The notes under the pieces are model-generated. The model worked only from the letters and a program-made list of their open reading frames with translations. It ran no database searches and was not told the origin of the DNA. A DNA stretch of 64,000 nt from an uncultured archaeon (GTDB taxonomy: Archaea > Asgardarchaeota > Hermodarchaeia > Hermodarchaeales > Hermodarchaeaceae): contig CAYFXC010000002.1 in assembly GCA_964347045.1 (NCBI GenBank), positions 1 through 64,000 of the forward strand, read 5' to 3'. The stretch's first letter is position 1. Every line of letters begins with the position of its first letter. The translations under genes and the position numbers were made by a program. Positions 28,029 through 38,612 of this stretch are shown here, one piece after another.

Positions 28029-29308
28029 AATCCTCTCACCACTTGTAGGCCATCTCGAATAATAAAGGGTATTGTTACATTGCCAAGAACATGGCGTACC
28101 AATAGTTGTATCAGTTTCTGTCGGGGAACACCTCTTGATGTGAAAAGTTCATTAGCGAAGGCGTTAACGAGGTTTGGATAAGTTGTATGGATGCGCGGGT
28201 TGTAGAATAGATTGTGGGCCCGTTTGAAAGTTTTCATGTCTTTAAGAACAAAACTGTTGCGAAGCAGCTGTTCATATCGTTTCAAGGTTCTTTTTGTGAA
28301 ATCACCAGTTTTAGAAGCAACTTTCACAGCTTCCGCAGCCGCTATGCCGGAGGCGATGGCAAAATTCATTCCTTCTAAAGTATACCCAAGGTTAAAGGCT
28401 AGCCCAGCCGCGTCACCAGTTACAAGAAAGCCATTAGTGTAGAGTTTGGGTATCCCTGAATAGCCACCCTCTGGAACTAGATGTGCTGAATATTCTTTAA
28501 GGATCCCATTTCGAATGAGCCGTTGGATGAACGGATACGCTTTATAATGTTCTATAAGCTCATGGGCAGTATCCTTTGTTACCTCAAATGCTGGGAGAAA
28601 AATCACTAGACCCACGGAGAGAGTGTTTTGGTTTGTAAAGAGGAAACCGCCTCCAGGGTGTCCTTTAGTACAACCAATGAAGTGGTACGCAGCGCCTTCA
28701 TCTTCGATGAGATTAAAGCGCTCTTCAATGGTTTCGCGGGGTAGTTGATAGACTTCTTTAATGCCCAGCCCCATTTGCTTAGGCGTATGATCTTTCCTTA
28801 AGCGGGCTTTTTCGGCAAGTTGAGAATTGACTCCATCAGCAGCGATTACAACATTCGCTAGAACTTCATCGGTCCCCGCTTTTACTCCGATTACTTGGTT
28901 CTTTTCCCAGAGCAAATCATCAACCCGAATACCAGTTGCCAGGAGTGCACCAGCTTTTTCAGCCTGTTTTGCAAACCATTGATCGAATTTGTAACGATTG
29001 ACTGAATAACCATCATATGGAACAGGGGTTTGGCTGCCTGATGAAAAATCTAATGTGAAGGCAGAACGACCAGAGAGAAGTGATAATCGGTGGTTGGTGA
29101 TGCGTCGTTCAATCGGTGCTTGTTCCCAATATTTCGGAATCAAATCATGGAGGACTTTTCCATGGATAATACCACCAGAAACATTTTTTTCACCTGGCGT
29201 TTTGGCACGCTCAACTAGCATGACTTGAAAACCTGCTTTAGCTAGTGAATATGCTGCTGCACTTCCCGCAGGACCAGCTCCGACAATAATTGCATTGAGA
29301 GATTCCAT
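28025..29308 (-). CDS. fixC: FixC-type ETF:quinone oxidoreductase flavoprotein
   Basis: VGAGPAG, PGEKNVSGG, GGGFLFTN, EYSAHLVPEGG, TGDAAG, EGMNFAI. Confidence 0.9.
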   Translation of the reverse strand: MESLNAIIVGAGPAGSAAAYSLAKAGFQVMLVERAKTPGEKNVSGGIIHGKVLHDLIPKYWEQAPIERRITNHRLSLLSGRSAFTLDFSSGSQTPVPYDGYSVNRYKFDQWFAKQAEKAGALLATGIRVDDLLWEKNQVIGVKAGTDEVLANVVIAADGVNSQLAEKARLRKDHTPKQMGLGIKEVYQLPRETIEERFNLIEDEGAAYHFIGCTKGHPGGGFLFTNQNTLSVGLVIFLPAFEVTKDTAHELIEHYKAYPFIQRLIRNGILKEYSAHLVPEGGYSGIPKLYTNGFLVTGDAAGLAFNLGYTLEGMNFAIASGIAAAEAVKVASKTGDFTKRTLKRYEQLLRNSFVLKDMKTFKRAHNLFYNPRIHTTYPNLVNAFANELFTSRGVPRQKLIQLLVRHVLGNVTIPFIIRDGLQVVRGL

Positions 29309-29469
29309 GTGTTTGACCTCTGATTCTTAGGTGAATACCTTACTTAACAAACAGTTGCATAAAAATGAGCTATGTTCCATTACTTGAAAAATTGCCTTTA
29401 GATCATAATTGAATTTTCCTTTACCTAATCAAGAACAGATACAAACGGTTCAATAACTCTATATTACTA

Positions 29470-29874
29470 TTGTTTCAAGGTTGTCATGAGACAAAATTGA
29501 ATGAACTAAAAGAGGATAGTATTCAATACAGGAATAATGCCGCCAAAATGCGAACGACTCTGGCGGCTATACGAACCCTTGAAGCGATTCGGAGAAGTAA
29601 ACTTGCCGAATTTCGAACGGGAATGGGAGTCATTGCCATTTCACTTTCGATTCTAACGGTACTTATCTCGACTTCGGCTTTTTGGAATCCATCCTCTGTG
29701 CTCTTTTTATTGGACGTAGTGGGTTTTCTGATTACTTTTCTTCTCGTTGTGGGGGTCTTCTTCTTTTATCGGGGATTACGTGGGATGCACAATATAGATC
29801 GACAGCGAGACGAGCTTGCTATCGATCATGAAGCCCTAGAAAAAATATACAATGATATCTTGAACGATGATTAG
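29470..29874 (+). CDS. Small membrane protein, DUF202/YidH-like
   Basis: RTTLAAIRT..LAEFRT followed by 2 TM helices. Start uncertain. Confidence 0.55.
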   Translation: MFQGCHETKLNELKEDSIQYRNNAAKMRTTLAAIRTLEAIRRSKLAEFRTGMGVIAISLSILTVLISTSAFWNPSSVLFLLDVVGFLITFLLVVGVFFFYRGLRGMHNIDRQRDELAIDHEALEKIYNDILNDD

Positions 29875-29891
29875 AATCGAAATTAGTGTGC

Positions 29892-31181
29892 TCATTGTAT
29901 AATTTTAGCGTTGAAAGCCAGAAATGGTGTATAAAGTTCATCTGCAGTAACGGAGCCATGGTTGCCAAGTAAGCCTGCCCATGGCAGAAGCCCCCATGAT
30001 TTATTCGTGAAGTTTTCTCGTTCAATACGCAGACTTACTCCATCGCGACCAATTAAAAGAAGGTCGCCAAGGCGCTGGATGATTGCCCGAGTTACTGGTG
30101 CTGGAAGTAGTTGACTTTGTTCTAGTTCCTTTGGATCTAAAAGAAGTGCTCGGTTGTCTATTTGTTTTTTGAGCCATTTTTTGAGTTTTCGGCGTTTCGC
30201 GGCAGATTTGCAATAGAAGTGGTTCACCCGACCGGAGTGTCCAGGGGGAACCTTGAGAGAACTCCTTACTTCATCAAGTTCTTCTTCAGGAATAATGATA
30301 GCACGGTCGCTATGAAGAAGATTTTGTCCATGGTCACTACACACTACAATAGTGGTTTTTTTAGCTTCAGAAGGAGGCATACGCTCAATAAATGCACGAA
30401 GATGTTGGAGAAAGGCGTTACAGCCGGCTTTATATTCGTAGGAATATGCACCATATTTGTGAGCCAGTGTGTCAATAAGAGGGAAGTAAAGGGTTATAAA
30501 CAGGGGGGAAGCAAGATATTGATTCAGTACACGTCGTGCCATTCCGAAAGCATCAATTATTCCATCGTAGGTAGCAATGTTATTTTCTAATACATAGAAT
30601 CGTCCTAAGCCTGTGCCAGGAATTTCATTTGGGAGCCCTTCGGCTTGTATAATGTCTGGATGAGTTTCTAAAAGAAGTTCAGGGATACCTTTGTCCCAAA
30701 GAAGAGCTTTGACATTGATGCCCGCGCGTGGTATCGCGTCTCGATATCGTGTTTTATCCCCAGACATACTAAGCGTATTGATTAGTGCCCCATATTCTGG
30801 AAAAAAGATAACGTGACCAAGAATTCCATGGGCTGTAGGAGGAAGCCCAAAGTTGATACTAAGGATCGCTGTTGAGGTTATGGAAGGAAATGTACTACTC
30901 AAAGTGATGCCACCGAAGTCATCGAAGAAGGTACCAAATTTAGTGCCTTGAAAATTTTGTACACCAAGACTGTCAACAACGCAGACAATAACACGCTGAG
31001 AATTGAGAGCGCTATTAGATTTGAGATGTTTCATGACTAAGGGAATACCAAACAAATCATCACGAGGAATAGAAGCACCCATACAGCGTAACGCTGTTGG
31101 TAATACTCGGTAGATGTTTTGCTGATAATCAGGTATAAAAAGATCATCTGCATCAGCCAAAGGTGAAAGATTCAGTGACAA
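29892..31181 (-). CDS. Alkaline phosphatase superfamily nucleotide pyrophosphatase/phosphodiesterase
   Basis: VVDSLG, STFPSITST, DTLAHKYG, SDHG, NHGS. Confidence 0.85.
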   Translation of the reverse strand: MSLNLSPLADADDLFIPDYQQNIYRVLPTALRCMGASIPRDDLFGIPLVMKHLKSNSALNSQRVIVCVVDSLGVQNFQGTKFGTFFDDFGGITLSSTFPSITSTAILSINFGLPPTAHGILGHVIFFPEYGALINTLSMSGDKTRYRDAIPRAGINVKALLWDKGIPELLLETHPDIIQAEGLPNEIPGTGLGRFYVLENNIATYDGIIDAFGMARRVLNQYLASPLFITLYFPLIDTLAHKYGAYSYEYKAGCNAFLQHLRAFIERMPPSEAKKTTIVVCSDHGQNLLHSDRAIIIPEEELDEVRSSLKVPPGHSGRVNHFYCKSAAKRRKLKKWLKKQIDNRALLLDPKELEQSQLLPAPVTRAIIQRLGDLLLIGRDGVSLRIERENFTNKSWGLLPWAGLLGNHGSVTADELYTPFLAFNAKIIQ

Positions 31182-31382
31182 TGAAAAACCCCAGCTTTAA
31201 GAATTCAGATAATTTGTCACAACTATCTGGATTAATTTAAATTTGTTCTAAACTAACGAAAAACCGTATTTACTGGAAAAATTGGGTTTCTGTCTCTTTC
31301 CATTGTGCCGGACGAAAGACTCTTTATTACAACTTGTACAAGTGTCTAGAATAGGAGCTTTCGGTACAGGGGAATACTGACC

Positions 31383-32282
31383 GTGATTAAAGGATTTGCA
31401 GTCTTTCGCATGGACCCCAAAATTGGGCCTCAGCACATCTACCGAAGTGACACGATTGAGGAGGTCAGTCATCAGGAGGTCCTTGCTATTTTTGCTACTC
31501 ACAATCTATTTCGAGAAGGATTTCGTGGCGTTCATGTGAGCAACCGAACCTGGGCTACCTATGTGTTTCCCCCATGGATAGTTGCCCTTCTCTTAGGACC
31601 TGACGAACCCATTGGACCAATCCGATCACCTATGAAAAGAATTCTTCATGCTAGTACCATCGAAGAATCTCCTAAATCAGAGGACTGGAAAACCCTCTAT
31701 CATGAATTGATCACTGAAATTCAGAGCTCACCTGTTGCTGACTTGTTAACATCGAAAAAGACAACCGATTTTCTTAAGGAAATGATTGAGTTAGATATTC
31801 AGTTTTTTGATCCTCACTTTAACTTTGAAATTGGCACAACCTATCCAGCAGCAGATCATCTTACCGGACTTAACAGCTATGATACTAGACTTTTCTTGGA
31901 AAAATTAACCCTCGCAGGCATTTTCACTAGTGAGCCTGTGATTGGCGTCACTCATTGTCCTATCTGTCTAGGATTTAAAGTCGTTAGCCGGTTAGCGTGT
32001 CCTAAATGTAGTGTCACCGCCTTGGATGTTGTACGGTTTCCAAGGTCAAAGGATTCGGATTCAAAAACATCGAATATCTCTGGAAAACCCATGGAATTTT
32101 TTTACTCATGTCTTACTTGCCAACACACAACTAGCGAACCTGTCGTTACTCTACTTTGCACTGAATGTGGGTCACAATTTCAACCTGATGAAGCTGCTTA
32201 TCGAAACATGGATCGACTTGTTCTGAACCTACCTATCGCTGAATCACTTATTCAAAAAGTCGAAGACCAAAATGCAGAGTAA
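31383..32282 (+). CDS. Protein with longin/uDENN-like N-terminus and TackOD1-like Zn-ribbon C-terminus
   Basis: N-terminal FRMDPKIGPQHIY (D-x3-GP); C-terminal CPIC, CPKC, CLTC, CTEC after a wHTH-like segment. Confidence 0.6.
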   Translation: MIKGFAVFRMDPKIGPQHIYRSDTIEEVSHQEVLAIFATHNLFREGFRGVHVSNRTWATYVFPPWIVALLLGPDEPIGPIRSPMKRILHASTIEESPKSEDWKTLYHELITEIQSSPVADLLTSKKTTDFLKEMIELDIQFFDPHFNFEIGTTYPAADHLTGLNSYDTRLFLEKLTLAGIFTSEPVIGVTHCPICLGFKVVSRLACPKCSVTALDVVRFPRSKDSDSKTSNISGKPMEFFYSCLTCQHTTSEPVVTLLCTECGSQFQPDEAAYRNMDRLVLNLPIAESLIQKVEDQNAE

Positions 32283-32295
32283 TAATCAGGAACCG

Positions 32296-32847
32296 TTAAA
32301 TCCTATCCCAAGGTTTCCCAGATTTTTCAAACGATGCATAGATTTTCTTTGCTAAAGATTCAAAGACGTCATTAACGTTAAAATCATCCTTTGCACTACT
32401 TTCTAAGAAGTCCATTTTTAATTGCTTTGCGGCAGATTCACCATCCTCTTCTGAAACGACACGTTGTTCATTCAAGTCGGATTTACAACCAACTAAGACC
32501 AGGGGAATGCCTTCACACCGTTGATAGACTTGTTGCATCCAATGATCAATTCGATTAAAGGATTGTTGGTCAGTTACATCGTAGGCAATGATAGCTCCAG
32601 CTGCTCCCTCAAAATATAGACCGCGGATGAAATCGAAGCGTTCTTGTCCACCAGTATCGTAAATTACGAGTTTAATGTTTGTATCATCATTGAGTGTGAT
32701 TTGTTTGGTGAAAAAGTCAACACCTAATGTGAATAGGTAGCTTTCATCGAATTGTCCAGTTGTATAACGACGGGCAAGAGAAGTCTTTCCGACCCCAGCG
32801 TCGCCAACCACTATGACTTTGTAGACAACTTCGGCGAGTTCTTCCAT
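32296..32847 (-). CDS. Rab-like small GTPase
   Basis: G1 GDAGVGKT, G2 TLGVDF, G3 DTGGQERF, G4 CKSD, G5 SAK. Confidence 0.95.
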   Translation of the reverse strand: MEELAEVVYKVIVVGDAGVGKTSLARRYTTGQFDESYLFTLGVDFFTKQITLNDDTNIKLVIYDTGGQERFDFIRGLYFEGAAGAIIAYDVTDQQSFNRIDHWMQQVYQRCEGIPLVLVGCKSDLNEQRVVSEEDGESAAKQLKMDFLESSAKDDFNVNDVFESLAKKIYASFEKSGKPWDRI

Positions 32848-33076
32848 TCAGTTTTTCACCCTCTGGGTTCCTAGATTACCACTTGCAGACGTGCCTTTAA
32901 GTGCTTCGTGTTAATTTGTGGGTTAGGGGCGAAGTTTAGGGTATCTACAACGATATTAGAAGTTGAATAGCGGTAATTGAAAATATTTGAAATTTCTAGT
33001 GGCAAGCGAAAGTCCTTTTGGGGTGAATGATGCAGTAGAAGGGTTAACATCCGGCCAGTTTGCGTAGGTTTTGATT

Positions 33077-34387
33077 ATGCCCGAAAAGAAAAACCAATTC
33101 AATTTACCAGTTGAACAATTACCGCGAAAGTGGTACAATTTAGCAGCAGATTTACCTGAACCCATACCCCCTCCAACGGATCCCAAAGAGGGACCATCAC
33201 GATTAGAAATGCTTCCAAAATTCTTGCTAAAAACTGTCCTTGAACAAGAAGACTCCACTGAACGCTGGATTAACATCCCAGAAGGAATCCGAGAGCTATT
33301 TATACAAGCAGGACGACCACGTCCCCTAATGAGGGCGATTCGGCTAGAAAAAGCTCTGAAGCTGCCAACAAACATTCGCCTCTATTATAAACGTGAAGAT
33401 CTTTCGCCAACTGGTTCACATAAAGTCAATACCGCTTTGGCTCAAACCTACTATGCTGTGAAAGAGGGATATCCAGAAGTCACCACAGAAACTGGAGCAG
33501 GTCAATGGGGCTCTGCTCTCTCTTATGCCGCTTCATTGAACGAGCTTCGATGTCGAGTCTTTTGGGTACGAGCAGCCTATCGGTGGAAACCAGGGCGTAG
33601 AACGCTTATGAATTTGTATGGAGCAGATGTGTTCGCTTCACCAAGCAAAGAAACAGAATTTGGACATAAATTACTCAAAGAAAATCCCCAGCATGTTGGT
33701 AGTTTGGGAATTGCAATTAGTGAGGGCATAGAGGATGCATTGAACCGTGATGGTAGCATCTATTGTCTGGGTAGCGTACTCAGCCATGTGCTGCTTCATC
33801 AAACAGTTATTGGACTTGAAACTCTAGAGCAATTTAAGATTGCTGAAGATAATCCTACTCTTCTTGTCGGATGTTTTGGTGGCGGGAGTAATTTCGGTGG
33901 ATTTAGCCTACCATTCATTGGTGAAGTACTCCAAGGCAAACGAGAATGCAATTTCCTTGCAGCACAAAGTGAAGCCTCACCAAACCTGGTGAAAGGTAAG
34001 TACATCTACGACCATGGAGATCATGCGGGATTAACACCACTTTTGAAAATGTACTCACTGGGACACAACGCAGAGATGCCTGAAATTTGGGCAGAAGGTA
34101 TCCGATATTCTGCTGCAGCCCCCATGATGAGCGCGGTTCGAAAACTTGGTCTGCTTGAAGCCGTTGCATATCCGGTGGATGAGGTTTATGTCTACTCTCA
34201 AGCCCGACGATTTATTCAAACAGAGGGATTCATCCCAGCACCAGAATCATCCTATGGAGTATGTGCAGCTATTGATAAAGCCCTTGAGTTCAAAGAAAAA
34301 GGGGAAGACGCTGTTATTGCGTTTAATATCTCCGGACATGGCTTCCTTGATATGCAAGCTTTTGCAAAGCCACTAAAAATCGAATAA
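33077..34387 (+). CDS. trpB2: Tryptophan synthase beta chain, type 2
   Basis: WYNLAADLP, SPTGSHKVNTA, TETGAGQWG, GGGSNFGG, PAPESS, SGHGFLD. Confidence 0.93.
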   Translation: MPEKKNQFNLPVEQLPRKWYNLAADLPEPIPPPTDPKEGPSRLEMLPKFLLKTVLEQEDSTERWINIPEGIRELFIQAGRPRPLMRAIRLEKALKLPTNIRLYYKREDLSPTGSHKVNTALAQTYYAVKEGYPEVTTETGAGQWGSALSYAASLNELRCRVFWVRAAYRWKPGRRTLMNLYGADVFASPSKETEFGHKLLKENPQHVGSLGIAISEGIEDALNRDGSIYCLGSVLSHVLLHQTVIGLETLEQFKIAEDNPTLLVGCFGGGSNFGGFSLPFIGEVLQGKRECNFLAAQSEASPNLVKGKYIYDHGDHAGLTPLLKMYSLGHNAEMPEIWAEGIRYSAAAPMMSAVRKLGLLEAVAYPVDEVYVYSQARRFIQTEGFIPAPESSYGVCAAIDKALEFKEKGEDAVIAFNISGHGFLDMQAFAKPLKIE

Positions 34388-34425
34388 CAACTATCGTACA
34401 GAGATTCTTGTAACAAGAATGAGTA

Positions 34426-34827
34426 TTAGGCAACTTTCTGTTCAAGTTCTTCTATTAATTGTTTGATTCGATTTCCGTAGGTCTCAATTTGCTCGCCCAT
34501 ATATTGTGAACGTCGAGGTAATTCTATGAGCTGATTTCCCATTTCCTTTAAGTCAAGATAATTCAATTCTTCAATTCGTTTTGCAAGGGGATGACTTCGT
34601 TTTCGGAGGGTCTCTTCCATATCGTCCATTCTTACCTGTACATCGAGCATAATTGCAGCAGCTTCTTTTGCTGCGGATTTCTGACCTGCGAATTCACCAT
34701 ATGGAAAGAAAAGACGCCACGCCACATTCCGGCTTTTTGGGCGGATAATATTATCTAATCTCTCAAGAATGTTATTTAGCAAGTCTATAATATGGCTTAA
34801 TTGTCTAAGGATTGGGTCGGTTCCCAA
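34426..34827 (-). CDS. Hypothetical helical protein
   Basis: 133-aa ORF filling the gap between trpB2 and oppF; no family recognised. Confidence 0.55.
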   Translation of the reverse strand: MGTDPILRQLSHIIDLLNNILERLDNIIRPKSRNVAWRLFFPYGEFAGQKSAAKEAAAIMLDVQVRMDDMEETLRKRSHPLAKRIEELNYLDLKEMGNQLIELPRRSQYMGEQIETYGNRIKQLIEELEQKVA

Positions 34828-34860
34828 AGTGATTTCACAACCAACAAAAGATGTTGGCAG

Positions 34861-35913
34861 TTAGGATTTAGCCTTTTCCTTTAGTTGAGCCGCGGGATCG
34901 AATCCAAGACGCAGGGGAGGTCGTGGGAACCAGCAGGCAACCCAGTGACCTGGCTCAAGCTCTTCTAAGATAGGTTCAAACTTGCGGCATTTATCTTGGG
35001 CAAATTCACAACGTGGAGCAAATAGACAGCCAGGAGGTGTATTAATGGGGCTACCGGGTTCACCGGGAAGTACTTTGCGTTTTCGTTGACTAGTTGGATC
35101 CGGAGAAGGAACCGCGGAAATTAAAGCTTGGCTGTATGGATGAACGGACCCATGGATGACTTGTTCAATGGAACCTTTTTCCATAATTTTACCTAAATAC
35201 ATGATGGCAATTCGATCGCCAATATAACTGGCAACAGATAGGTCATGGGTCACGTAGACGTATGCAATATGAAATTCGCGTCGGATTTCTTCAAGAAGAT
35301 TGAGAATTTCTGAGCGAATGGACACATCAAGCATTGATACTGGTTCATCGGCAACGATAAATGCGGGATTAACGACGATTGCTCGAGCAATAGCAACACG
35401 TTGTCGTTGACCACCACTAAGTTCGTGAGGATACCGGAAGGTAAACTCTTCGGCAGGAACTAGTTGTACAGCTTCAAGGGCCCGGACAACACGAGCTTCT
35501 TCATCAGCTCCATCTTTGGCAATCTTATTTAGCCGAAGTGGCTCTGCAATTGTATCATAAAGGCTAAGTCGGGGGTTCAGTGAGGAATAGGGATCTTGAA
35601 AAATCGTTTGCATCCGTGCTCGGAGTCGGCGGAGTTCACGGCGGCTAATCTTGTTCAGATCTTTTCCATCAAATTCGACCATACCCTCTGTCGGCTTAAT
35701 CAGGCCAACGAGTAGTTTACCAGTTGTCGTTTTACCGCAACCAGATTCACCTGCAAGACAATAGAGCTCTTCGGGGTAGATGTCTAAATCGACGCCGTCG
35801 ACTGCTTTGAGAAATACTTCTCCACCAAGAAGTTGGGAGAAGAACCCCGCACTAACAGAGAACCATTTTCTTAGTCCACGACAACTTATAATGGGCTCTT
35901 TTCCTCTGCTCAT
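34861..35913 (-). CDS. oppF: Peptide ABC transporter ATPase
   Basis: GESGCGKT, LSGGQRQR, ADEP, C-terminal GCLFAPRC...VACW. Confidence 0.93.
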   Translation of the reverse strand: MSRGKEPIISCRGLRKWFSVSAGFFSQLLGGEVFLKAVDGVDLDIYPEELYCLAGESGCGKTTTGKLLVGLIKPTEGMVEFDGKDLNKISRRELRRLRARMQTIFQDPYSSLNPRLSLYDTIAEPLRLNKIAKDGADEEARVVRALEAVQLVPAEEFTFRYPHELSGGQRQRVAIARAIVVNPAFIVADEPVSMLDVSIRSEILNLLEEIRREFHIAYVYVTHDLSVASYIGDRIAIMYLGKIMEKGSIEQVIHGSVHPYSQALISAVPSPDPTSQRKRKVLPGEPGSPINTPPGCLFAPRCEFAQDKCRKFEPILEELEPGHWVACWFPRPPLRLGFDPAAQLKEKAKS

Positions 35914-36917
35914 TATTTACCCTCCTCTTTGCCTGGCGACCATCTGTCATCTTTTATCCGACCACTCGCTAAAAAACAGGCTGCCTTATGCCCTGGGCTA
36001 ACATCTAATAGTGGAGGATCCTCGATTTTACAAAGTTCTTGGGCGTATGTGCATCGAGGATGAAATCGGCATCCCGGAGGGGGATCCAGCAGATTAGGAG
36101 GTGACCCGGGGATTGATGCAAGTGTTTGATCGCTCGATTTTTCGATCGATGGAATTGAAGCAATTAGCCCTTGTGCGTAGGGGTGCCAGGGATGCTGGAA
36201 AATTTCTAAAACAGCACCGGTTTCAACGATTTTACCAGCGTACATGATGAAGACGTTATTACACGTTTCAGCAACAACCGATAAGTCATGAGTAATTAAC
36301 ATGAGCGTGATTCCCAGATCAGCAACTAGTTTTTGCAGTAACTGCATGATTTGTGCCTGAACAGTGACATCAAGAGCCGTTGTCGGTTCGTCCGCAATAA
36401 GAAACTTCGGATCACACGCCAGTGCCATCACGATCATAGCTCGTTGTTTCATGCCACCACTAAACTCGAATGGATAATGGTCAACTCTATCAGGATCCAT
36501 TCCAACGAGTTTGAATAGATCTTTTGTCTTTTCTAGCGCTTCGCCCTTGGTCAAATCTGGATTGTGTTTAATCATTGCCTCGGTAATCTGGTCACTGACA
36601 CGAAGAATAGGATTAAGGGCATTCATCGCGCCTTGGAAGACCATGGCGATTTGTGTCCAGCGGAAGTCTCGCATCTCCTCGTCATTGAGAGTAGCGATAT
36701 CTACATCGTCAAGGAAGATGTGCCCGCTCATAATTTCTCCGGGTTCCGGTAACATGCGAAGGATAGCAAATGCAACTGTACTTTTACCGCATCCTGATTC
36801 ACCGACGAGGCCGACCGAGTCACCAGCCTCGATGCTAAATGTAACATCTTCAACCGCTTGACAGTTCCCGCGTCGCATACAATAGTACACTACGAGATTT
36901 TCAACTCTTAATGCCAT
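35913..36917 (-). CDS. oppD: Peptide ABC transporter ATPase
   Basis: GESGCGKS, FSGGMKQR, ADEPTTALDV, GCRFHPRC. Confidence 0.93.
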   Translation of the reverse strand: MALRVENLVVYYCMRRGNCQAVEDVTFSIEAGDSVGLVGESGCGKSTVAFAILRMLPEPGEIMSGHIFLDDVDIATLNDEEMRDFRWTQIAMVFQGAMNALNPILRVSDQITEAMIKHNPDLTKGEALEKTKDLFKLVGMDPDRVDHYPFEFSGGMKQRAMIVMALACDPKFLIADEPTTALDVTVQAQIMQLLQKLVADLGITLMLITHDLSVVAETCNNVFIMYAGKIVETGAVLEIFQHPWHPYAQGLIASIPSIEKSSDQTLASIPGSPPNLLDPPPGCRFHPRCTYAQELCKIEDPPLLDVSPGHKAACFLASGRIKDDRWSPGKEEGK

Positions 36918-36928
36918 TTGAACCTCAC

Positions 36929-38440
36929 CTATAGTCTCCTTAGGCGTGGATTGAGTGCTTTATCAACAGCATACCCTATAAAGATAAAGCCCATTGATAA
37001 TAACGCAATACATAAGCCTGGTGGCATGAAAAACCACCAAGCTGGTGGAATCTGAGTCAGGGCAGCTTGATTGTAAGCGGCTTGTAACATCCGTCCCCAA
37101 GAAACAAGGTTTTGAGGTGTGAGTCCTAAGAAGCTTAATCCCGCTTCAGAAAGAATTGCACCTGAAACTCCTGTTGCAAGTTGTACGAAGACAATCGTGA
37201 GCACATTGGGAAACACGTGACGAAAGACTAGGTATACATCGCCTGCACCCGCTGCTTTTGCGGCTTCCACATAGGCTTTTTCTTTCTCAACAAGCACTTG
37301 GGAGCGAATCACTCGTGCAGGTCCAGGCCATGCGAACAAAGCGATCACAAAGACCGTTATCCCCAAACTTGGAGTCAAAATCGCGGACAGTATCATCATA
37401 ATAGGCAATGTGGGCATGATAATAAAGAAATCAGTTACCCGCATCGCCGCTTCATCGACAGCGCCACCAAAGTATCCTGCAGCTAAACCCAATAGTAAAC
37501 CTACTGCAACACCGATGAAGGTCGCAACAATACCTATGAATAATGAGACTTGGGCACCCCAGAATAACTGGGCCATGACATCTTGACCTCTATCGGTTGT
37601 GCCTAAAGAACCCCAAAAGTGGCTATAGCCCATTAGTTGAACATCATCAGCCCACAAAGAAACAGTTCCAACTCGATCTCTATTTGCTTCTGTTTCTATG
37701 AACTCCATAAAGATTCGAACCGTCACTTCTTCACCTGGCAGAAGGGCGCGGTTCATCACTTGGCTTGTAATGATATTCGTAAAAGTCTGCCAACTTCGAG
37801 GATAGGAAGGAAATACAGTAAAGGTGTATTGAGAAGGAGCGATTATTGATACATCAAGGTTTTCACTCATGATTCGAAAATAGATTCGCACCGAATTATC
37901 TGTTAGGTTTCCAGTTACATCGGCTTGTACCGTGAAATAGAGATAGGCTAACGCTGGAGGAAGGTGCTCCCATGTAAATGTTACATCAGCGTGGACACGT
38001 TCTCCAAAGAACGTTTCATTATTATCATTATCTGTGAGCTGCAAAACAAGTGATCGGTTGGTCCCCGTTGTACTTCCATACCAATCAGTGGAATCATAGT
38101 ACCATGAAGCTTGCGGAGATGAATCATTAATAACCCAAGAATTGTCAACATCAAAAAATGAATCTGGGATGAAGTTCTGAGCAGGAGGAATTTGAATATT
38201 GTTGCCCAAATCACCTGAGGAGGTCCAAGACATCCATTGAGGAGCCGCATAATCAGGTCCCACTCGTACCAACACACCAGGGTATAGAGGGAAGATAGTG
38301 GGCGCAAATATTGCCATCAAAAAAAACCAAATTACAAGGAATAGGCCAAAAATTCCTTGTTTAACTTCACTATATCGACTCCAAACACCTCTAGCACGTT
38401 CAAATATCGATAACCGGTGTTTAAACCGTGTACGGCTCAT
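36929..38440 (-). CDS. oppC: Peptide ABC transporter permease with large extracytoplasmic insert
   Basis: LGTTDRGQD, YVEAAKAAGA, EAGLSFLG, NPRLR. Confidence 0.92.
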   Translation of the reverse strand: MSRTRFKHRLSIFERARGVWSRYSEVKQGIFGLFLVIWFFLMAIFAPTIFPLYPGVLVRVGPDYAAPQWMSWTSSGDLGNNIQIPPAQNFIPDSFFDVDNSWVINDSSPQASWYYDSTDWYGSTTGTNRSLVLQLTDNDNNETFFGERVHADVTFTWEHLPPALAYLYFTVQADVTGNLTDNSVRIYFRIMSENLDVSIIAPSQYTFTVFPSYPRSWQTFTNIITSQVMNRALLPGEEVTVRIFMEFIETEANRDRVGTVSLWADDVQLMGYSHFWGSLGTTDRGQDVMAQLFWGAQVSLFIGIVATFIGVAVGLLLGLAAGYFGGAVDEAAMRVTDFFIIMPTLPIMMILSAILTPSLGITVFVIALFAWPGPARVIRSQVLVEKEKAYVEAAKAAGAGDVYLVFRHVFPNVLTIVFVQLATGVSGAILSEAGLSFLGLTPQNLVSWGRMLQAAYNQAALTQIPPAWWFFMPPGLCIALLSMGFIFIGYAVDKALNPRLRRL

Positions 38441-38612
38441 AATTGTTCACCTATGAAAATCCATATTCTCTTTGAAATGGTATTATACGGTAAAACAGAG
38501 TCCGACCTGCTTAAAAGTTATATTAAGTTGACGGTATATGCAGGAATTATAGTTGCCTTCATCGATGGCTTAAAAACATTGGAGGCTTCAAAATAAAAAT
38601 GCGGGACTGATT

